The translations under genes were made by a program, and so were the position numbers. Below are positions 58,801 through 64,000 of a DNA stretch of 64,000 nucleotides, in pieces. Below the pieces are notes generated by a model. The model was not told the DNA's origin, made no database searches, and was given only the letters and a program-made list of their open reading frames with translations. This stretch comes from an uncultured Bacteroidota bacterium (GTDB lineage Bacteria > Bacteroidota > Ignavibacteria > UBA10030 > UBA6906): positions 160,001 to 224,000 of the forward strand of contig CAVOYH010000005.1 of NCBI GenBank assembly GCA_963700635.1, in the 5' to 3' direction. The first letter of the stretch is position 1. Every line of letters begins with the position of its first letter.

Positions 58801-59374
58801 TTCGGAACGGAGGGGGCTCACTAATTTCAGCGGCGGGATCGAGCATGCATACGTCCGTGAACGATCCGTGCGCCTGCGGTGGCAGCTTGTTCCGGAAATC
58901 GCGAACCAGCTGGATCTTGTGAACCGTGTGGACCGTGTCACGGGTATCCGCTCTTCCCCCCGGTTGCGGGATATCCTCTCCAACGCGCTCATCTTTGATA
59001 TCTCCTACCGCCCGCAGCAGTCTCTTGAGCTCGGGATAAAATTTGACGTCTCCCGTGCCACGGACCGGTTATCGGTACCCGAGTTGCGCGCAGATCTGAA
59101 TGCGCAAAGTGTCAGGCTGGTGTATGCATTTCAGGGGTCCGGCCAGGCGAGGGGGGAATTCGGGCGCGAAGAGGTGTTACTCGCACGCGGCGCGGAGTCG
59201 TATCCGTATGAACTCACCGGCGGACGGGTGGCAGGAAAGACCTGGGTCTGGCGTTCCACCTTTGAATATCGTATCACCCAGTTCCTGCAGGCAAGCATGA
59301 ATTACGAAGGCCGGAGTGAGGGGGGACGGGATCCGGTGCATAATGCCCGTGCGGAAATCCGGGCCTTTTTCTGA
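55862..59374 (+). CDS. Large outer-membrane protein of unknown function (possibly SprA-related)
   Basis: Signal peptide; 'SGSIVRGFTVG', 'PLQPEGTTQTLQEFDKVFIEI', 'GTERVYIDG...DYIIDYSTGEVTF'; amphipathic strands; C-terminal FF. Confidence 0.65.
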   Translation: MSQSPGALITFLLMCACACTSSPAQDVPSLPLNSMRVTFAGSPVDTVFRLPDRFVSPGTDTVLVLSYGILKRNREYRLSHGTGRVHLDSLTLARIKEATAQDSLTLIITYRFVPLQVQDVYRLRTLVIPADSLTRADSVRVLRPVSTFSMDDIFGSNLQKSGSIVRGFTVGSNRDLSLNSGLRLQMSGKILSDIEVTAALTDENTPLQPEGTTQTLQEFDKVFIEIKATDATATLGDFNLEFTGTEFARLNRKLQGAKGYAQYNVAGVNGATTLSGAITRGKFTTKQFIGIEGVQGPYILSGANNERDIIVIAGTERVYIDGETQTRGETNDYIIDYSTGEVTFTTRRLVTSASRIVVDYEYTDRQFSRSLFATQSTAAMFDDRARLTVSYAREADDPDAPIDFVFSDSARAVIAAAGTDRSKAVLSGITRVDSNGVYVRVDTLLSGGTPAVFYRYAPGDPQAFYIASFSNVGPGRGEYSRQRAGVFIWKGPGGGEYLPLRYLPLPQSHQLVDVVMEVNPIENLKVAGEFGYSTFDANRLSGVGDAENNDRALNLSATYEPRNIRIGSLDLGGMNLRYRERFVGSRFVPLDRSNEIEFNRRWGVDSLAGGDERIREAAVTFLPAQGISVGSSYGTIRRGDEQNSRRVDGTLSVRTETLPVMAYTFEDVRSTDRIANAETRWFRHNGALEYTVLSLTPGFRFEGENRRTGVPGSGVAGAGSFKFTAYGAFVRLAELGPLSAQADFSWRADDIFLQGAVTRESDAFTQNYTARLREWASLTSTLDITLRRKKYSSVFKQEGRQDVQTVLVRNHTRFTPLNRGIETDLFYEVSTEQASRLERVYVRVTAGSGNYRYLGDINGNGLADDEEFVLTRFDGEYVALTLPTDELTPIIDLKTSARLRIIPQRFVEAGGWAADIARALTSETYVRVEEKSNERDLQQIYLLHFSRFREEATTLAGSVLLTEDIHLFEGRPGFSSRFRFSERRGLTNFSGGIEHAYVRERSVRLRWQLVPEIANQLDLVNRVDRVTGIRSSPRLRDILSNALIFDISYRPQQSLELGIKFDVSRATDRLSVPELRADLNAQSVRLVYAFQGSGQARGEFGREEVLLARGAESYPYELTGGRVAGKTWVWRSTFEYRITQFLQASMNYEGRSEGGRDPVHNARAEIRAFF

Positions 59375-59396
59375 CCGGATTCTTAGAAAAGTGTAC

Positions 59397-59425
59397 TTGC
59401 GTTTGTAAATCCTATTCTGTATACT
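59397..59425 (+). promoter_or_regulatory. Probable sigma70 promoter of ogt
   Basis: TTGCGT, 17 bp spacer, TATACT. Confidence 0.55.
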
Positions 59426-59500
59426 CTCAAACATTGACTCGCACACCGAACGGGAATAGCACTACTCTGCTGCACATCGCTCGGGGCTTCGCCTCATCCC

Positions 59501-60004
59501 ATGGTCTACTGCACATCATTCGAATCCAAGATCGGCCTGATCTACGTCGCGTCCACGGAGAAAGGCGTCTGCAAGGTCAGCGTACCGCGCCAGACCAAGC
59601 GGGACTTCTTCCGATGGCTCCGTGACAACTTCGACGACAGCGAAGTCGTGGATAATAAATCCCGCAACAAAGAAGTGATCGATCAGCTCAACCGATACTT
59701 CAACGGGAAGCTCGCAAAGTTCGCCGTGTCGGTGGATATGCGCGGCACGCCGTTCCAGATTCGCGTGTGGAAGGAACTTTCGAAGATACCGTACGGCACG
59801 ACAATCTCCTACAAACAGCTTGCTAAACGGCTGGGCACCAGCCGGGGATTCCAGGCAGTCGGACGCGCCAATGCCGCGAACCCCGTGCCGCTTATTGTGC
59901 CGTGCCACCGCGTGCTCGGAGCCGACGGTGCGCTTGTCGGATATGCCAGCGGCGTCAAGACGAAAGAATTTTTGTTGAAGCTGGAAGGGGCATTGATGAT
60001 TTAA
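59501..60004 (+). CDS. ogt: Methylated-DNA-protein-cysteine methyltransferase
   Basis: 'GTPFQIRVW...IPYG...SY', 'AVGRAN', active-site 'PCHRV'. Confidence 0.93.
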   Translation: MVYCTSFESKIGLIYVASTEKGVCKVSVPRQTKRDFFRWLRDNFDDSEVVDNKSRNKEVIDQLNRYFNGKLAKFAVSVDMRGTPFQIRVWKELSKIPYGTTISYKQLAKRLGTSRGFQAVGRANAANPVPLIVPCHRVLGADGALVGYASGVKTKEFLLKLEGALMI

Positions 60005-60068
60005 GCTGTTCCGCGATTTACCTTCCTCCCTTTGTTGCCTTCGGAATACATTTTCGTTATTATCTTCC

Positions 60069-62312
60069 ATGTCATTTCTTGAACAACTGAACTCCGTCCA
60101 GCGGCAGGCCGTTGAAGCTGTTGACGGACCCGTCATGATCGTGGCGGGTGCCGGCAGCGGCAAGACACGTGTGCTCACGTATCGCACCGCGCACCTTCTG
60201 CAGCGTGGCGTCCGCCCCGATTCCGTTCTGGCTCTCACCTTCACCAACAAGGCGGCCGGCGAAATGAAAGGCCGGATCGCGGAGCTGGTCGGACCCGCAA
60301 GCCGCGCCCTGTGGATGGGCACGTTCCATTCAATTCTTGCCCGGCTCCTCCGGTTCGAATGCGAACGCCTCGGATACCGTCGGAACTTCTCGATCTATGA
60401 TACTGATGATTCACATGGTCTGATCAAAAGTATCATGACAGAAAAGCTGATCTCGCCGCAACAGTTTACGCCGTCGGGGATCCGCAGCCGGATCAGCAAC
60501 GCCAAAAATTCCCTCGTCAGTCCCGCCGACCTGCTCCGTGTCTCGCATGATCTTATGTCGCAACGTACGGCGGAAGTTTTTGATGAATATGAACGCCGGC
60601 TCCACCGCGCTAACGCGATGGATTTCGACGACCTCCTGCTGAAACCCCTCGAACTGTTCCGGAAACATCACGACGTGCTCCGCCGATACCAGCAGCGGTT
60701 CCGGTATATCCTCGTCGATGAGTACCAGGACACAAACCGCGTGCAGTATCTGCTCCTGCACGAACTTGCGGCCGCGCACAAGAATATCTGTGTCGTGGGC
60801 GACGATGCGCAGAGTATCTATGCGTTCCGGGGAGCGGATATCCGGAATATTCTGGATTTTGAAAAGGATTACCCCGGCTGCAAAGTGTTCCGGCTGGAGC
60901 AGAATTACCGCTCCACGAAGACCATTCTCGGCGCCGCCGATTCCCTGATCCGGCATAATGTTGACCAGATCACCAAAAGCCTGTGGACCAGCAACGCGGA
61001 CGGTGATCAGGTGATTGTGGATGTCTGTGCGGATGACCGGGAAGAAGGCCGGCGGATTGTTCTGCATATCGAAGAGGAAATCCGGCGGCACAAACGTTCG
61101 CTCAATGATTGTGCGATTCTGTACCGGACAAACGCCCAGTCCCGGGTAATCGAGGATGCGCTCCGCCGCAACAGCATCCCCTACATTATTATCGGCGGGG
61201 TGGCGTTCTACAAACGGAAAGAAATCAAGGACCTGGTGGCCTACCTGAAGGTCCTCGCAAATCCTCTGGACAGCGAAAGCCTCCTGCGCATTATTAATGT
61301 ACCGGCACGAGCCATCGGGGATGTGTCCATACGGCGGATCAAGAGCATTGCTGCAGGCGAACGGCTTTCCCTGTTTGAGGCCCTCGCCTCTCCCAATCTG
61401 GAGGGATTGCTGACGGATCGGGCTCTGCGCGCCGTACGGCAGTTCCATGCCATGCTGACCAAGTACATCCGGCTCAAGACCGAGATGTCCGTCAGCGAGC
61501 TGGCGCGTGCCCTGGTGGACGAACTCGGCATTCTGCGCCTTCTGAAAGAAGAAAACACGCCCGAGTCTCTTGCCCGGCGGGAAAACATCCAGGAACTCAT
61601 CTCCGCGATCACGGAATTTGCCGAACTTCACGAAGCCGCGTTGCTGGAAGACTTCCTCCAGGAAGTCTCACTTATTGCGGACATCGATACCGCCGAGTTC
61701 GGACGGAACACCGTGACCCTGATGACCCTGCACGCGGCGAAGGGGCTGGAGTTTCCCGTGGTGTTCGTCTCAGGCCTGGAAGAAGGACTGCTGCCTATCT
61801 CCCTTGCGCTGGACAGCAGGGAAGAAACCGAAGAAGAGCGGCGGCTGCTGTACGTAGGGATGACCCGGGCGAGGGAGCATCTCTACCTCTCACATGCACG
61901 GATGCGCTACCATCAGGGAGAAATGCTCTATTCGGTCCGTTCCCGGTTTATCGATGAGATTGATGCCCTTCATCTTTCGTTCCGCGGACAGAACGGGATC
62001 ACGCCGCGCCATACCGGGACAACCCTTCGACAGAAATCACCATCCGTTTCCCGAGCGAAAAGTCTGTCCACAGCAACCCGGAGTTCCTCTGCTGATCCGG
62101 CGCCTTCGGATCCCATGCCGGATTATGAACATGAATCGCAGGACGGACCATCGCTGCGCGTGGGGCTTGCGGTCACGCATGAGACCTTCGGACCGGGCCG
62201 CATCGTAGCGCTTGACGGACGCGGAGACGACCAGCGGGCGGTTGTGGATTTTGCCACCGCCGGACGCAAACAACTCCTCCTCAAATTCGCCCACCTCCGG
62301 GCCGGATCCTGA
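60069..62312 (+). CDS. pcrA: ATP-dependent DNA helicase PcrA/UvrD
   Basis: 'AGAGSGKT', 'TFTNKAA', 'VDEYQD', 'QNYRS', 'HAAKGLEF', 'EERRL.YV..TRA', C-terminal Tudor-like 'HETFGPG'. Confidence 0.93.
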   Translation: MSFLEQLNSVQRQAVEAVDGPVMIVAGAGSGKTRVLTYRTAHLLQRGVRPDSVLALTFTNKAAGEMKGRIAELVGPASRALWMGTFHSILARLLRFECERLGYRRNFSIYDTDDSHGLIKSIMTEKLISPQQFTPSGIRSRISNAKNSLVSPADLLRVSHDLMSQRTAEVFDEYERRLHRANAMDFDDLLLKPLELFRKHHDVLRRYQQRFRYILVDEYQDTNRVQYLLLHELAAAHKNICVVGDDAQSIYAFRGADIRNILDFEKDYPGCKVFRLEQNYRSTKTILGAADSLIRHNVDQITKSLWTSNADGDQVIVDVCADDREEGRRIVLHIEEEIRRHKRSLNDCAILYRTNAQSRVIEDALRRNSIPYIIIGGVAFYKRKEIKDLVAYLKVLANPLDSESLLRIINVPARAIGDVSIRRIKSIAAGERLSLFEALASPNLEGLLTDRALRAVRQFHAMLTKYIRLKTEMSVSELARALVDELGILRLLKEENTPESLARRENIQELISAITEFAELHEAALLEDFLQEVSLIADIDTAEFGRNTVTLMTLHAAKGLEFPVVFVSGLEEGLLPISLALDSREETEEERRLLYVGMTRAREHLYLSHARMRYHQGEMLYSVRSRFIDEIDALHLSFRGQNGITPRHTGTTLRQKSPSVSRAKSLSTATRSSSADPAPSDPMPDYEHESQDGPSLRVGLAVTHETFGPGRIVALDGRGDDQRAVVDFATAGRKQLLLKFAHLRAGS

Positions 62313-62314
62313 CC

Positions 62315-63862
62315 ATGGCGAAGACGACGATTACCTACCTCCATGAACTCCGCGAGCGCGCACTTCAGGGAGGCGGAGAAAGGCGCATTGACGATCAGCA
62401 CCGTAAAGGAAAACTGACTGCACGGGAACGACTCGCCCTGCTGCTCGACGAAGGAAGCTTCGAGGAGCTGGATATGTTCGTGGAACACCGCTCTTCGGAT
62501 TTCGGGCTGGACCAGCAGCGGTATCCGGGGGACGGGGTCGTGACCGGGACGGGAACGATAAACGGCCGGACGGTGTGCGTCTTCAGCCAGGATTTTACCG
62601 TCTTCGGGGGCTCGCTCTCTGAAGCCCACGCTGAAAAAATCGTAAAAGTGATGGACCTTGCGATGAAGATCGGGACCCCGGTCATCGGCCTCAACGACTC
62701 CGGCGGGGCGCGGATACAGGAAGGGGTCGTCAGTCTGGGCGGCTACGCGGACATCTTCCTTCGTAATACGCTTGCCTCGGGCGTCGTGCCCCAGATCTCT
62801 GCAGTGCTGGGACCCTGCGCAGGCGGCGCCGTTTACTCGCCTGCAATCACCGATTTTGTCGTCATGGTAAAAAACACCTCCTACATGTTTGTCACCGGAC
62901 CCAATGTGGTGCGCACGGTAACGCATGAAGAGGTCACAGCCGAGGAACTGGGCGGTGCCATGACCCATGCCAGCCGCAGCGGCGTGGCACACTTTGCCTG
63001 CGACAATGAAGCGATCTGTCTGGAGACGATACGGAACCTCCTGTCGTTCCTGCCGCAGAACAATGCGGAAGAACCGCCGGTCAGGAAGACTGCCGACAGC
63101 GCCGACCGGAGAGACAGCGAACTGGACTCCCTTATCCCCGATCAACCCAACAAGCCGTATGATATGACCGGCGTGATCCATCATGTTGTGGACGACGGCG
63201 AATTTCTTGAAGTCCACCAACACTTCGCACCCAACATTCTTGTCGGGTTTGCCCGTCTGGATGGCAGGCCGATCGGGATCGTTGCGAACCAGCCTTCTGT
63301 GCTGGCCGGCGTGCTGGATATCGACTCCTCCAGGAAGGGTGCCCGCTTTGTGCGGTTCTGTGACGCGTTCGGCATTCCTCTTGTTGTGTTTGAAGACGTC
63401 CCGGGGTTTCTTCCGGGAACAGACCAGGAATGGCGGGGGATTATCGCAAACGGCGCCAAGCTGCTCTATGCCTTCTGTGAAGCGACCGTCCCGCGTATCA
63501 CGGTGATCACGCGAAAGGCCTACGGGGGAGCGTATGATGTTATGAATTCCAAACACATACGGGGCGACATGAATTTCGCATGGCCTGCGGCGGAGATTGC
63601 TGTGATGGGCCCGAAAGGCGCCGCGGAGATTATCTTCAAACGGGAAATTGACGCCGCACCCGACCGGGAGAAGGCGCTTGCTGAAAAAGAGCGTGAATAC
63701 AGGGAGAAGTTCGCTCATCCCTATCTCGCTGCGAGCCGCGGGTACATTGACGCCATCATCGAACCCTCCGAAACTCGCCCGCGACTCATTCGGGCCCTCA
63801 AACTACTCGATACAAAAGTCGATCAGAATCCCCGCAAGAAACACGGGAACATTCCGCTCTAA
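62315..63862 (+). CDS. pccB: Acyl-CoA carboxylase carboxyltransferase (propionyl-CoA carboxylase beta / methylmalonyl-CoA decarboxylase alpha)
   Basis: 'GKLTARER', '[10 protein letters not shown]', '[10 protein letters not shown]', 'DVPGFLPG', 'KAYGGAY', 'KKHGNIPL'. Confidence 0.9.
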   Translation: MAKTTITYLHELRERALQGGGERRIDDQHRKGKLTARERLALLLDEGSFEELDMFVEHRSSDFGLDQQRYPGDGVVTGTGTINGRTVCVFSQDFTVFGGSLSEAHAEKIVKVMDLAMKIGTPVIGLNDSGGARIQEGVVSLGGYADIFLRNTLASGVVPQISAVLGPCAGGAVYSPAITDFVVMVKNTSYMFVTGPNVVRTVTHEEVTAEELGGAMTHASRSGVAHFACDNEAICLETIRNLLSFLPQNNAEEPPVRKTADSADRRDSELDSLIPDQPNKPYDMTGVIHHVVDDGEFLEVHQHFAPNILVGFARLDGRPIGIVANQPSVLAGVLDIDSSRKGARFVRFCDAFGIPLVVFEDVPGFLPGTDQEWRGIIANGAKLLYAFCEATVPRITVITRKAYGGAYDVMNSKHIRGDMNFAWPAAEIAVMGPKGAAEIIFKREIDAAPDREKALAEKEREYREKFAHPYLAASRGYIDAIIEPSETRPRLIRALKLLDTKVDQNPRKKHGNIPL

Positions 63863-63917
63863 CATCCCATAACTCTCTATGGAATGTGGCGTTTTCACGA
63901 GCAATCTCAAGTGTTTC

Positions 63918-63946
63918 TTGACACTTTCCCCCTGAAGGCGTATAAT
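63918..63946 (+). promoter_or_regulatory. Perfect-consensus sigma70 promoter for a transcript continuing beyond the window
   Basis: TTGACA (63918-23), 17 bp spacer, TATAAT (63941-46). Confidence 0.85.
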
Positions 63947-64000
63947 GAAAAGACGCGTGCGCCTGTAATTGGCGCACTTTGAACTGCAATGGTGAAAATG

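Noticed and set aside
60411-63718. Long antisense ORFs (60411-61631, 62123-63718; likewise 13600-14661 and 33710-34639)
   Set aside because: Shadow frames of well-conserved genes in GC-rich DNA, with no recognisable motifs

Overview
A gene-dense, GC-rich bacterial chromosomal window. It is most consistent with an Ignavibacteria-like member of the FCB superphylum (inference: many T9SS-type 'NxPNPFNP' C-terminal domains, PorV-family barrels, canonical TTGACA/TATAAT promoters and Shine-Dalgarno sites). Most genes are housekeeping (icd, dusB, corA, two GT9 heptosyltransferases, tRNA-Leu(CAA), ogt, pcrA/uvrD, acyl-CoA carboxylase beta) or serve protein and polymer scavenging (M16, S46, two M28, M24 and S8 peptidases, an OPT transporter, T9SS cargo proteins). 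Standouts: (1) an operon joining xanthine dehydrogenase xdhA/xdhB to a PduS-like Fe-S flavoprotein and a single PduT-like BMC shell protein, with no other microcompartment genes in the window; (2) at the left edge, an ARPP-1/DUF6569-like gene missed by the ORF track, divergent from a WYL regulator coupled to a Cas4-like/DEDD nuclease (DUF2779), with a palindromic candidate operator; (3) an SPFH + ribbon-helix-helix operon whose promoter lies under a 40-bp palindrome; (4) a 54-bp in-frame tandem repeat at the start of a DUF2279 gene. Six apparent single-base insertions break five genes and are probably sequencing or assembly errors. No CRISPR array, integrase or transposase was seen. All family assignments come from motif recognition by eye, not from database searches.
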